Origin: Halocafeteria seosinensis | Taxonomy: Eukaryota | Reading direction: 5' to 3' | Length of the DNA: 53,366 nt | NCBI GenBank assembly: GCA_001687465.1 | Contig: LVLI01000144.1 | Coordinates: forward strand, 1 to 53,366 | Shown here: positions 9,801 through 18,833 of the stretch, piece by piece | Layout of the letters: every line of letters begins with the position of its first letter | Numbering within the stretch: position 1 is the first letter of the stretch | Made by a program: the position numbers and the translations under genes | The notes under the pieces: generated by a model | Told to the model about the DNA's origin: nothing | Database searches by the model: none | What the model saw: the letters and a program-made list of their open reading frames with translations, nothing else

Positions 9801-12789
9801 AGGCTCCCCTCTTCAGAAGACCCTCAACGTCCTTCGTTCCTAGCTGACCCTGCTTACTAGAGCTTCCCTCCCTCATCCCTCCAATAACTGCTTGATCTAA
9901 ACCGAGTTTAAGACTGGCTTGGTGAAACATATGCTGCTCATAAGTTTTTCTGGTTATAAGCCGATATATCTTCACACTAGATTTCTGTCCAATTCTGTGC
10001 GCCCGAGCTTGAGCTTGCAAATCGTTCTGAGGGTTCCAGTCACTGTCAAAGATAATGACAGTATCAGCAGCGGTAAGATTGATACCAAGGCCACCAGCTC
10101 GTGTTGAAAGCAACATCACAAATACATCTGCGTCTGGGTCACTAAACCGGTCGATCGCCTTCTGACGGTCTGGGCCTCTAACTCTTCCATCTAGTCTCTC
10201 GAAACCAAATTTACGGGCGGTGCAATAGTCTTGCAAAATGTCCAACATCCTTACCATTTGAGAAAAAATCAACACCCTATGTCCCTCTTTCTTGAATCTC
10301 GGAAGTAGTTTGTCGAGTAAAACCATTTTGCCAGAGGTATTGACCAACTGGTCCGCAAGCAACTTTGCTTGAGCCCGAGCGTGGGCACGTTTTAGCTCCG
10401 ATTTTTCCTGATCAGACCCTGCTTGGGCAAGTTTCTCCTGGAATTGCTTCTGTAATTCCGCCAACTGTTCTTCAGACAAGTTCTCTTCAACGCCGTGGAC
10501 TAAGAACGGATGATTGCAGCACTTTCTCAGTTCCATCATGACGTTCATCAGGTTTGGTGCATTGGCAGCAGAACCTCCACGTAACAGAAAGTTTGTATTC
10601 CGCTCGTAAATCGCCCTGTAATATTGCTTCTGAACCGCAGTCAGTTCTACCTCCACAATAGTTTCTTGCTTAGGTGGCAGTTTTAACGTGTCATCTACAT
10701 CGGATTTTAGTCGACGAAGAAGATATGGTCGTAATACTTTGTGTAGTTCCTGAACCTGTTCCGAGTTTCGAAGTTCCCCAAAACTGCGTAAAAACGCATC
10801 GAACCCTGACAATGGGAAGCCCTCCGGATGCAGAAAGTGTAGCAACGCCCACAGTTCACGTATCTCATTTTGAATAGGAGTGCCCGTAAGCAAAATTGTA
10901 TGATCCCTCTTAAAGGTCTGAAGATCCGAATAGAGGCGATTCGATCGATTTTTGAGCCTGTGGGCCTCATCAACCACGATGCACTGCCAAGGAATTTGCG
11001 CCAAGAGTTGGCGATCAGCCATCGCCATTTCATATGTAGTGATGAGCACGTTGAACTTATACACCGGGGCAACTAGACTACTTGGGTTATTTGGCTGTGA
11101 CTTAATCAACTTCGGGAAAGCAGGTTGAGTCTGTAGACTATCCGGGTCAGCAAAGAAAAATTCATTATGCCGGATGATTTCTCGGGAAGTGCTGCGCCCA
11201 TGATAAACAACTGAATCTAAGATTCCATCCCCCCAAACCTTGGTCTCTCGAGCCCAGTGTTCTATTGTCGATAATGGGGCCACCACTAAAAAAGGGCCAT
11301 AATTTTTAGTATCATTATGAGTCGCCAAGTAATGGAAGAACGTCAAAATTTGGGCCGTCTTACCGAGCCCCATTTCGTCAGCTAGGATAGATCCCCTCTC
11401 ATTGAACCAGTTAAAGATAAGCCAATTGAGACCTTCAAGCTGATAGTTTCGAAGTTCGAACGGTTCCCGTGCAGCGTCTTGAGTCTCGTACTTGAGTACA
11501 GATTTTCTTTCCGGGACTTCAGTCTTTCCAAAGCCATATTCCGGACTCGAACGGAGCTTTTTGAACTTCGTTGGCTGCGGTCGGGGCTTGGGTTTCCATA
11601 CTTCCTTTGGAGGCAATTCCTGCCGTAGTCGGAAAGCGCTTATCGCCCCCTCATCACCGACATCCTCACCACGCTCCCACGTACACTCGTCATAACCTAG
11701 TCCCATCCATTTTACCAAATACAATGCCTCCTTACCGTCATCTCCTGGAGCCACATTAGATGCCAGTACCCGTTCCACTGTCGTATACGACGGGTCAAAC
11801 GGTTCACTCTCATCTTCGTCATCGTTCAGACCAAGGGCCGACGCAGCAGACGAATCAACACCCTGCGCAGCCATTTGACCCTCCATCTTCTTCACCCATC
11901 GCTCAATTCTACGGTCAATTACTGGATCAATTTCACCGAGGGTGTCACGGGTCTCCCAGCTCACGTGCAAATAACTGAAACCTTTCCATTTAATTAAGTA
12001 TTCCCACTCCCAATCAGCATCATCTTCCCTTGCCTTGCGCTTATCCTTTGATAGGCCTCTTCCATCATTGTCAGCGGCTGGGCTGCCAGAGTTAGAAACA
12101 GTATCGTCGTCCCCATCTTCATCCCCATCTGCTGCTGCACTAATTAGCTTGTGCCTCCGTTCCATCGCATCGGTATCTCGATGCTTGTACTTCTTACGTC
12201 TCGCCAAAATCGTTTCGATTTGCAGTCTTTTGGTTTCTTCTGGTAACGGGATGACTCCGGGATGACCACTTGCTCCACCAATTGGTTTACTCGGGGTGCT
12301 ACGAGCTCGACTTCTCGTACTGCTGCTGCCAGCCCCTTCTGAATCCTCGTCGTTCGTGTCATCTTCTGCAGCCTCTTCCTCCCCCCCATTCACTCCGTCG
12401 CCCAGTTCATCTTGCAGATCGGCGTCCAACTTGTCCTCGTTGTAGGACTTGCGGCAGGAAGCAGCCCTCCTCGAACTTCGTCTCGTAGGCTTCTTTCCAC
12501 TCGGAGCAGTCTTGCCACGGGAGCTAGAAAGTCGTCGACGCTGTGCCACGGGTCTCGTTGGAGCTTCATCTTCTTCGTCGTCGTCTTCACTTTTTTCCTG
12601 ATCGACATCCTCGTCTGACTCTGCTAAGCGCAAATCCTGCTCTTCCTCCGAAGAGCTGGATCTGGACTCCTCCCCACTGCTAAAGGACATATCATCCCCC
12701 GTATATCGCGCTGGACGCCGTGCTGACCGCCTTTGCGGCCCTCGAGACGAAGAAGAGCGGCCATGTTCCTCCTCCTCAGACGATGACAT
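3805..12789 (-). CDS. Chromodomain-helicase-DNA-binding (CHD6-9/CHD7-like) SNF2 chromatin remodeller with C-terminal RAMA-like domain, single ORF of 2994 aa
   Basis: Tandem chromodomains (EYLIKWKGFSYLHVSWE; YLVKWMGLGYDECTWE). SNF2 motifs ILADEMGLGKT, VDEAHRLKN, LLTGTPIQN, LSTRAGGLGINLTAADTVIIFDSDWNPQNDLQAQARAHRIGQ. CHD7-type FSKASF..DDPEFW and WW..D..L motifs. Confidence 0.93.
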   Translation of the reverse strand: MSSSEEEEHGRSSSSRGPQRRSARRPARYTGDDMSFSSGEESRSSSSEEEQDLRLAESDEDVDQEKSEDDDEEDEAPTRPVAQRRRLSSSRGKTAPSGKKPTRRSSRRAASCRKSYNEDKLDADLQDELGDGVNGGEEEAAEDDTNDEDSEGAGSSSTRSRARSTPSKPIGGASGHPGVIPLPEETKRLQIETILARRKKYKHRDTDAMERRHKLISAAADGDEDGDDDTVSNSGSPAADNDGRGLSKDKRKAREDDADWEWEYLIKWKGFSYLHVSWETRDTLGEIDPVIDRRIERWVKKMEGQMAAQGVDSSAASALGLNDDEDESEPFDPSYTTVERVLASNVAPGDDGKEALYLVKWMGLGYDECTWERGEDVGDEGAISAFRLRQELPPKEVWKPKPRPQPTKFKKLRSSPEYGFGKTEVPERKSVLKYETQDAAREPFELRNYQLEGLNWLIFNWFNERGSILADEMGLGKTAQILTFFHYLATHNDTKNYGPFLVVAPLSTIEHWARETKVWGDGILDSVVYHGRSTSREIIRHNEFFFADPDSLQTQPAFPKLIKSQPNNPSSLVAPVYKFNVLITTYEMAMADRQLLAQIPWQCIVVDEAHRLKNRSNRLYSDLQTFKRDHTILLTGTPIQNEIRELWALLHFLHPEGFPLSGFDAFLRSFGELRNSEQVQELHKVLRPYLLRRLKSDVDDTLKLPPKQETIVEVELTAVQKQYYRAIYERNTNFLLRGGSAANAPNLMNVMMELRKCCNHPFLVHGVEENLSEEQLAELQKQFQEKLAQAGSDQEKSELKRAHARAQAKLLADQLVNTSGKMVLLDKLLPRFKKEGHRVLIFSQMVRMLDILQDYCTARKFGFERLDGRVRGPDRQKAIDRFSDPDADVFVMLLSTRAGGLGINLTAADTVIIFDSDWNPQNDLQAQARAHRIGQKSSVKIYRLITRKTYEQHMFHQASLKLGLDQAVIGGMREGSSSKQGQLGTKDVEGLLKRGAYDVFNEGEEGDRASQRFCEEDIDTILQRSTTVVWEGSEEGKPKEAASNEFSKASFVTSSSGQEVDLDDPEFWTKQIGLDAPSGAEVVEELGGGLMMNARGQVVDEEGNVIADRSRRRKQVARYGGQEEEERNTDEAQLELYDSDDSMGEYGPDDDDAHSVGEKSKDKRGIKLKAKGRKYGITDEELRIAMEGGSQNLGLEDKGGWNLRKMYEEEKRIGSSKWGNIDSPWTAYERHKFHTAIWKYGWGRWHAIRLEGKLWKRTIPEIKIFARAYLQCAVHNARRALDLAEKTMKSVSDTCSESNRGEELTNGSNAKEGESAKTGAQRRNVFHVRLQNWMDRPLPGQRVMAEAEAMCPPVPKDRIPSVLLEQEFQTRLDADSALKLLERFEELMRLRDLVSIAAARYVRDRVRVRHGYSIRVDDYAGFSEEQTEEKPLQKLDPPFSSDESSAYPSNREDVQHTDLVNMPWPKSGQNEENAKSFESWGSDDHLLFDEDLTEVVVSESKKRQLPKLKSLPILLDDNFSSDNELEKHVKQILSGTHHISQAIPSEKLPSQDDVPPHLVCDELLIETVPRDELIKRIPIVPRGWFSADTSRPSVSWWKYPYDDGHLVLACYLDGFGKVDTLATDPRLYYCSLLYDEYNRLPEDKKLPKVPRVVMNAKGRQRTALMLQAAKGYLDPEKAHFQLPPPAPAGDEPDLREEIDIGMEIGEVPNEIRAAYLMISVQAINRHVRRLTHPVPNRGLTSRYLAKHLKQSFGGVYVPVTLKPLPFQLRPVVAMPKRSLSAAKEESTSKKRDTSKASGSSRSTALLDQASEGLRLDENVALKLGGGNCRGKHFADDAVGHDCLEGVGGNLRGPAPRGKASTKGSGLVEYYAPSKAPSAAYAHDKSLKQVCEDAINSEISNAWQYAVDANTQNPPLTELERLCQWVFLGSCGKQNDLTGTSLADYHSPSSAPEKSAAVIRQDWGKLEKRRLESALNRFGLPDERLHTLPSSYEKVVRSFGIANEKKSDALPFFTWKDLVASAQLSKPPEVAYEYVMCSFLPHVMAIAAGSGGAHLDLEEPASERNRGAKYEEESKSVDDEDDDSEDQESVDDNSSNRQFGKMASINESRPRPSQFKRQYRGTRVLDPEIDLHLIGLTGRLFSRQLLTRISLIGGIRWMLSHLDFDNSLAMFLRCSSFRKHISSESMELHSNHSEYLLNSAYIVNSSSCSSASENRRLPTWWCPWVHDVALLRLVGQYGLNMGHSAGSFSRSKTQSVDNDQEETDQASSSVDSSWGWIRSNDSTHPLHPVQIEKHCWAVFFERGTEFSATAQTAFQFMPPSDMHRLKVMRECLVQKYPTSDGKKQFVDELVAQWPSDSLIEARLMCLATHLSPFRSAMPRVLGPVSRVTLPAQRQDVLSLESREEMLRCLWSEAVEEQWGWSEADSWAFLADMSPASVSLRGEAGWWHWGTRHAPSVFPAEEQWSAWGCVRGNPSDACLWGSSSGHLPSSVFVPKPLRNGDDAGCVVSSKRARYLSRVYVDDDGQNLGKRYASDGKENPVHKAKKLSTESPGRHGQDIDGNTSYTDANGVSGGACASSNTQRGFRSYSSVSDPFLSLASTCANATSLCTRKAEVRTGKGSTKPMHSSLRVLNILYDCSSGNPNAPPSWPPNQGHSWVGLGEGVKSRSKNTARKGTGFLSPKKYDFHVAWRGMAGSGRPLTVPPPDKSSSSIKTLSSYADVVVHVPKRLYTEYEKWKCQAYRCLRNCSERRLWDSTGGCIHGDVAEGAAKAVVDALSGKTQEEKAIVSAARTALSGENVSTTRRYCPEYDFIAKQSMEIACSKEGKEPKRVDKRIARGVAVAMWHLVQDVEERVEGKKSIPDSVKHSSKDDSSDDQESDYQSAKAVARTVKSPTITGKRRRRHDVSLKELMDAGFVHSGKDVLQIKFRGGTFSADLNEEGYIVENGVQYPRPSSWSLPVKRRIVPEKQTDDGWYSIKYNGTPLISLKHEYVDRFNNP

Positions 12790-13504
12790 CCTTCCTTTCC
12801 CCGGTAAACAAGCAGAAACAAGTCTTCTTTGTCCTTTCCTATGTGGTATGTCTTCTATCTACGTGAGTGTTCGGGTTCCCCTCTCAACAAGTTTTTCTTC
12901 TTTTTTCCTTTCTTGTATGTACGTGCGTGCGTGTGTATGTATGTATGTGTGTGTGCGCAACACAGAGCAAGTACTTTAGAGTGTCTCTCACTTTTCCTTT
13001 CTTGGCCCCCTTACACAAGGGGGGGAAAAAAAGCTTTTGTTTTCTTTCTTGGCAATGTCCCAATGGTGTGGTATGTATTCTATTGCACCACGCAAGAAAC
13101 AAAGAAGCAAACACATGCACTAACTGCTGCTGCTAACAAACAGGCGTCGCTAGTCTAGAATAGTCTAGGACAAAGGGGGTGTTCTGCCTTCCGGGCCCGG
13201 GCTCCCTCTGTGTCCCTTTCCACCCATGCTTTGACTCCCTCCCTCCAGCCATATTTCAAACACGGCCAGACCCACCTTCACAAAACCAAACCCCCCCCAT
13301 GGGCCATGGGGCAGACGGCGAAGCTCGCGTCTGCTGGTGGACTGGGAATGGAACGGAATGGAATGGGATGGAGTGGTGGAAACACCCCACTAGAGACAAG
13401 GATTTGGATAGCTATATAGTTTTTCCTTGGGATGGACGTGTGTATGGATATGTTGTGGAAAGTGAAGCGGGAAACTGTACATACGCTTGGAAGTACATAT
13501 TGGT

Positions 13505-14887
13505 TTAGCGCACGTATTTCAGTCCATGAAGTAACCACAGCCCCGTCGACCAAACCACTAAGCTGCCAGCTTGGTGGCAAGCCGCAAGAGGGATAGGAAC
13601 ATACAGGAGCAGTGTGCCAATGCCCATGGACACCTGCGCTACCGTCATTCCCCCCATAGCCTTTAATGCTGTTTGGGCACGGGAAGGAAGATATTTCCAT
13701 GTGGATGGCCGCCGAGCCGTAAAGAATAGTGCTGTCACTGCTGTCAAAGATGTATACGCAAGTATGCGGTGATCGAACTGCACGGTTGCCGTATTTTCAA
13801 AGAAATTGCAATGCTTCATTTCGTCGTCCCATAATTCATCCGGTACTACTTTACCGGCCATCAGAGGCCAGTCATTGTATGCATGACCCGCATCGTTTCC
13901 AGCTACGAAAGCACCACTTGCAGCTGTGAGAGCCAAAATAGAAAATACCGCGTTCGCCTTGAGCCGAAAACTTTGTATTACTGATCGCTGTGCGGGAGAC
14001 ATCTGCGTCCAGCGTTTCGGATGGGTCGCATTCATACCTCCCCAGAACAAGAGTGCGTATATACTGAAAGCAAAACCCAACTGCATCATCGAATAGAAAA
14101 TGAAAATATGAAATTTAAGTAATGGATAAACAAGAACTCGTTCAGTTACAAAATACGGACTTACATGGGTTGCAAGACGATACGGTGAGACCCGCGGGAT
14201 ACCATGTTTATCCTTGGGATCTTCCAAGCCGCTCTTCACCATCCACCAACCCACAAATCCTTGACAAGCACCTAACGAGTAGGCGGCCAAGATATAGGGA
14301 AGTACCTGTTTCGGAATTTGACGCCGAACAGCGAAGTATATCAAAGGCACAGTCGCCACAACTCCAATGGCTCGACCCCACATCCGATGGAGCCATTCCA
14401 TAAAATATATCTCCTTAAACTCGTCCAACGTCATTCCCAAATTGAGTCTCTTGTATTCCGGATATTGTTTGTATTTTTCAAATTCTTTCATCCACTCCTC
14501 TTCGGTAGAGGGAAGCAAACTCCCCTGAGGCCGCCAGTCTACCATCGACAATCCGCTGCGAGTGAGTCGCGTCACTCCACCCAAGACGACCATGGCAAAC
14601 ACCATTCCTGCAGTTCCGTAAAGCCAGTATGCAACCGGGCGTGAGACCGTCTGCGCACTTGTGGCCTGCGTAGCTGCGCTCGTGGAATGTGCCCTCTCCA
14701 GAAAGCGTCGTAGGTGCCCTTGCATGCATCCTCTTCCTCCGTAACACGCCAGGCTGGTAGTCCGCAGCGCATTGCCCTTTGCTCTCCCTATTCCCAGGCT
14801 ACTAAATTTTCGAGCATTGGCCACGAGTCTTTGGCACTGTCCCGTATTCACCGCACGGGTCGTCTTATTAACAATAATACGCAGCAT
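13505..14887 (-). CDS. COX15: Heme A synthase COX15; exons 14887-14165 and 14080-13505, with an 84-nt in-frame intron at 14081-14164
   Basis: GGVTRLTRSGLSMVDWRP, EWLHRMWGR, GWWMVKSGL, VSPYRLATH, FVAGNDAG, VQFDHR, HQAG motifs. N-terminal mitochondrial presequence-like region. Removing the GTAAGT...TGCAG intron deletes a 28-aa non-homologous insert. Confidence 0.95.
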   Translation of the reverse strand: MLRIIVNKTTRAVNTGQCQRLVANARKFSSLGIGRAKGNALRTTSLACYGGRGCMQGHLRRFLERAHSTSAATQATSAQTVSRPVAYWLYGTAGMVFAMVVLGGVTRLTRSGLSMVDWRPQGSLLPSTEEEWMKEFEKYKQYPEYKRLNLGMTLDEFKEIYFMEWLHRMWGRAIGVVATVPLIYFAVRRQIPKQVLPYILAAYSLGACQGFVGWWMVKSGLEDPKDKHGIPRVSPYRLATHVSPYFVTERVLVYPLLKFHIFIFYSMMQLGFAFSIYALLFWGGMNATHPKRWTQMSPAQRSVIQSFRLKANAVFSILALTAASGAFVAGNDAGHAYNDWPLMAGKVVPDELWDDEMKHCNFFENTATVQFDHRILAYTSLTAVTALFFTARRPSTWKYLPSRAQTALKAMGGMTVAQVSMGIGTLLLYVPIPLAACHQAGSLVVWSTGLWLLHGLKYVR

Positions 14888-15358
14888 TGTCTCTCCCTTC
14901 ACTACCCTCCTGCCGTGCGCATGCAGGCCGTGACGTCAGGGTCCTTAACCTTCAAAGAAAGAAGCAACAAAATGAAACCTGGTGCATACCCAGTTCAACG
15001 TAACAGCAGCTGTAACATAAAAGACACAATCCGGGGCATTCCTCCCATGCAAATGCCTCTGCTTCCCTTTGGCGTATAAGGCCAGGTCAACTTGGTCAAG
15101 CCGCTCTTGTGAAGGTGGGAAAGCCGTTAACAGTGTAGCACCACTGGCAATGCAGTCTGGCATGTCGTATCATACGAGGGCTGTCAGAGATGTCACAGCG
15201 ACCGTGAATATATTCAAAGTTTATCTGCGCGCATCTATTTGCTTTCGTCGTCAGCCATTGAGAAAAAGCCTTGTCTAAGAAGGAGTTCATAGAGATACAG
15301 GCCTTTCTTACCGCTATTACGCTACGTTTTGAGGTGAAATACTGAAAAATCGGAGAGG

Positions 15359-16795
15359 ATGGATCCATTCAATATTCGTGTCCGACGGGCGGAAGAAGCC
15401 CGTCGGGAAGATGCTGAGGCCATGAAACGAGAGGAGTTTGATCAACGGGCTCGCGCCGCCTTCGAGACGCGTTCGGGAGCCAAAGTGAACAAGAGGATAG
15501 CGCAAACCAAGTTAGACGAGGCGAAACAAGCTCTCCAGGATGACCTTGATCGTCGTCGATACAAGCTAGCACAGCTATTGGAGTACGAAAAAGCCATGTA
15601 TGAGAAGGAAATCGAAACCAGTTTCGAGCCGCCGGAAGTCCGGAAACAGAAGATGTTTGATTATGCGCGACAATTGCAGCAACAACGGGAAAAAGAACGG
15701 CAAGCAGAAGTAGAGAAACGTGAGATGCAAAGGTGGAGGAATGGGTCAGACCTACTTCGGAGCAGGGACTCCAAGATGCTGGAACTGCGTGCTGCTGATA
15801 GGCAGGCCGACCAGGTGGAAGAGAAACAACGATTGATACAACAACAGAAAGAGTGGGAAGCACAGATGGATTTACAGCATCAAAAGCACGCAATGAAGGG
15901 AGCCGACAGAGAGAAGAGAGAGGCAAAAAACAAAAATGCGCTGAAAACTGCGACCAAAGAAATGCTTGAAAATCAAATGGATTTGAAGCAATCGATGAAA
16001 GCGCGCGAAAAGCAGTATCACCGTAACTGGGATCAGAAAATGATCGACGAAGATGAAAAGGAGCGCCAGCGACAGATCGAAGAGGAAGAACGCAGAAGAC
16101 GCGAAGCCCGTGAACACATGGAGGAAACAATGCGGTTTAATCGCGTGGAACAACAGAAGCACGACGAACAAAAACGGAAAGAAAAAGAAGAAGATGAGCG
16201 ACGGCTTCAACAAGTCTTGGAGAAGGAACGCGAAGAAGATCGAATCGAACGGGAAAAAGCTGAGGAAGCTAGGAAAGAAGCGCAAAGGCATAAGCAAGAG
16301 TTAGAAGAGCAAATGCGAATACAGGCGGAAGAAGAAGGAGCACTAGATAGTCTTTATCAGGAAGAGCAGGACCGTATGTATCAGAGGCGACAAGAAGAAT
16401 GGGATCGGTACGAGCGGGCTCGAGAAAAACTCTTGAACGAAGTCTACGAAACCCGAGCCCGGCAGTTGGAAGAGAAAGAGAAGAAAAAAGATATTGATAA
16501 TTACCTCGATGCAAAACAAATGGCGGCAGACCGTGAACGACAAAAAGAAATGGAGCGCCGAGAGCAAGAGCAGAAGGCTGTCAAAGAACGCGCCAAAAGA
16601 CGACAAAACGAATACATTGAGGCGCAGATGGAAGAGAAACAACGCCAACGCGAGCGCGAAGCACAAGCCGAGTATCTGGAACGAAAGCTCCAAGAACGCG
16701 AGGAGGAAAGATACCAAAAGCGTGTGCAAGACATGCTAAAGGAGCCCCCACCTGGAGATCAACACCATCGCAAAAAAGTAGATTGGTGGAACTAA
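15359..16795 (+). CDS. CFAP53: Cilia- and flagella-associated protein 53-like (TPH coiled-coil microtubule inner protein)
   Basis: 478-aa E/R/K/Q coiled coil. LDRRRYKLAQLLEYE..KQKMFDYARQL..REKER..QRWRNGSDLLRS and the C-terminal HHRKKVDWW match the CFAP53/CCDC11 pattern. Confidence 0.75.
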   Translation: MDPFNIRVRRAEEARREDAEAMKREEFDQRARAAFETRSGAKVNKRIAQTKLDEAKQALQDDLDRRRYKLAQLLEYEKAMYEKEIETSFEPPEVRKQKMFDYARQLQQQREKERQAEVEKREMQRWRNGSDLLRSRDSKMLELRAADRQADQVEEKQRLIQQQKEWEAQMDLQHQKHAMKGADREKREAKNKNALKTATKEMLENQMDLKQSMKAREKQYHRNWDQKMIDEDEKERQRQIEEEERRRREAREHMEETMRFNRVEQQKHDEQKRKEKEEDERRLQQVLEKEREEDRIEREKAEEARKEAQRHKQELEEQMRIQAEEEGALDSLYQEEQDRMYQRRQEEWDRYERAREKLLNEVYETRARQLEEKEKKKDIDNYLDAKQMAADRERQKEMERREQEQKAVKERAKRRQNEYIEAQMEEKQRQREREAQAEYLERKLQEREEERYQKRVQDMLKEPPPGDQHHRKKVDWWN

Positions 16796-16937
16796 GCTAT
16801 CGCAAGGAGTATCTACTTGCTTGTACATGTCCAACCCTTACCTACACACAAGAAGGTACCACCAACATAATATTAACCTCGCAGCCTTCCAACATTCGTG
16901 TACATGACAACATCTGCGTATCAGCGATGGTGTAGCA

Positions 16938-18170
16938 TTAGACTCTTGACTGGAATTTCCATACTTCTACTGTTACCACTTTGAAATCTTCTGATGAGCT
17001 CAGCGGGCATCGATTATCGAACGTCTCACACGCATCAGAGTGCCCCTGCTCTAAAGCTGCATCCAACCAGAAGGCAAAACTTCCGCCTGCTCCTGCACCT
17101 ATTCCCTCCTGCTTGGCCAGCTGAAACATATGATTCTTCCTTGACCACCTCCAAACTTGGAAGAAAGGATGTAACTTCATAATAAACGTTTCCCCGCTCC
17201 CATAGAATTGCGGATGGACACGCCATGGCTGTGAGAGAAAAGCACCAAACACATGTCTTTTTTCATCCATAACAAACATCAGTATAGGCTCATTGTGCTT
17301 TAACTTCTTGCATTTCTGGTATAATGTATGCACTGAATAACCATCAAGAGCTGTATGGAACACTATCTTCCAGTCCTTGGCAACGCATCGGCTAGGCAGC
17401 TCACGCACAATCTTGGGAAAATGCTCCCGGGACACAACTGATTCCAGCTGGCGTAGATTTCTTCCCGTGGTCCCAAACTTCTCAATGGGTTTGTTGTTAG
17501 TCCCCAAAAGCCGAGGCATTTGTCGACTAGCAGAGCTTGCGGAACCATTGACTGTCGGTGCGTCTCTTTGGTGCACACGTTGGGCTGAGTCCGTCGTACC
17601 TGCACCGCCATTTCGTTCGATGTCGTAGGAAGAGCCCAACAAGGATTGAGTTTCTTCTTCGGAATGCCGATCACTCGTTGAGGGCGCTCTTCGTCGCCCC
17701 AGGAGATAGTGAATCGCATCCTGTCCCAGCAAAACCATTCTGTGAATAATAACTTGTCCATAATCCGCGTACCACCGTCGCAATTGCGTCCACGTCGACG
17801 CTGCCATGTAGCGTATATGCACCGCCTGCGTCGGGTAATTCCTCGTAAACCATTTCCAGGCCACCACCGACGCCACCCCCAGTATGAAGAGCACCAGAAG
17901 CATGTCGTAGCTTTTCTGATGCGCCACACCTGTGGCCACGGGATGCTCCGGATACACTGGTTGTTGAGGGTCGACGGTCTCTGCTTCCTCCTTGGTGCGC
18001 CCTTGCCCCTTTGCCATTTCAGGTGGGGTTGCACTCTCAGAGTTGGACTTTGTCTCTCCTTGTGATATCAGTGGTAGTAGAGCTAAAAACATCATGCATG
18101 CCAGTGCACTGGAAGGAGCCCCTCCTGTCCTCCTCCTCATCCTCCTCCTCCTGGAGCTTATTGTTTCCAT
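16938..18170 (-). CDS. TLDc-domain (OXR1/NCOA7-like) protein with predicted signal peptide and one TM helix
   Basis: C-terminal TLDc motifs WKIVFHTALDGYSVHTLY, VFGAF, FYGSGETF, GAGGSFAFWLD, GHSDACETFDN..LS, VEVW. Hydrophobic segments ALACMMFLALLPLISQG and MLLVLFILGVASVVAWKWF. Confidence 0.88.
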   Translation of the reverse strand: METISSRRRRMRRRTGGAPSSALACMMFLALLPLISQGETKSNSESATPPEMAKGQGRTKEEAETVDPQQPVYPEHPVATGVAHQKSYDMLLVLFILGVASVVAWKWFTRNYPTQAVHIRYMAASTWTQLRRWYADYGQVIIHRMVLLGQDAIHYLLGRRRAPSTSDRHSEEETQSLLGSSYDIERNGGAGTTDSAQRVHQRDAPTVNGSASSASRQMPRLLGTNNKPIEKFGTTGRNLRQLESVVSREHFPKIVRELPSRCVAKDWKIVFHTALDGYSVHTLYQKCKKLKHNEPILMFVMDEKRHVFGAFLSQPWRVHPQFYGSGETFIMKLHPFFQVWRWSRKNHMFQLAKQEGIGAGAGGSFAFWLDAALEQGHSDACETFDNRCPLSSSEDFKVVTVEVWKFQSRV

Positions 18171-18200
18171 TTCTGCTTCCTTTCCCCCACCCCCGTGTTT

Positions 18201-18202
<2 letters not shown>

Positions 18203-18232
<30 letters not shown>
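18203..18232. repeat. (TG)15 microsatellite just upstream of the TLDc gene
   Basis: Perfect dinucleotide run read directly from the sequence. Confidence 0.95.
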
Positions 18233-18234
<2 letters not shown>

Positions 18235-18833
18235 GTCTGAGAAAGAAGGATACTTCATCAACAAGACTGCTTGACGTGTCACCCTAAGGCCTATGCTCGG
18301 TCTGATACGTGGTTTTATCTATACATGCGAGGCAGCTTCACAGGACAGGGGGGATGGAGGAATCGCCAAAGTGGTTACGTACTGCGTCGTGTGGAATTTT
18401 TGACAGTAAAGTCTTTATTCCTGAAATATACTCTGCAAGTGCTGTGGTTGATTGGAAGTCGTATGTTCTGAGTTACAATGTCCTCGTAGCATTGATTGTC
18501 TGCTCACTGTACTGTATGTCATTGGTTGCGGAATTGTGGCAATTTAGGAAGAGCCGGAAAGAGCGCTGAATGCCCCAAATTCATAATGGAACTACGTACG
18601 TGCTGTCTCAATAGACTGGTGTAGCACAGGTGGATGTTTTGAGAGATGGAGATGGATACTACAGCTTTCTCGAACTGAACTGAACCCAAGAATACCTCAA
18701 GCCCTGCGGAAAGCAGCACACACAAACAGATGACCAATACCTCCGACTCGCTGATCAATTGGGGCCCTACTTGATCACGAGGGCACAAATAAATCGCAAA
18801 ATAGTTGCAGCTAGCGGTATTCACGAATAGACT

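Noticed and set aside
12829..13500. Short ORFs between CHD and COX15
   Set aside because: Low-complexity promoter-like DNA (GT/TATG runs, poly-T/A); translations lack protein-like composition.
15369..16734. Hydrophobic antisense ORFs over CFAP53
   Set aside because: Shadow of a purine-rich coiled-coil coding strand.
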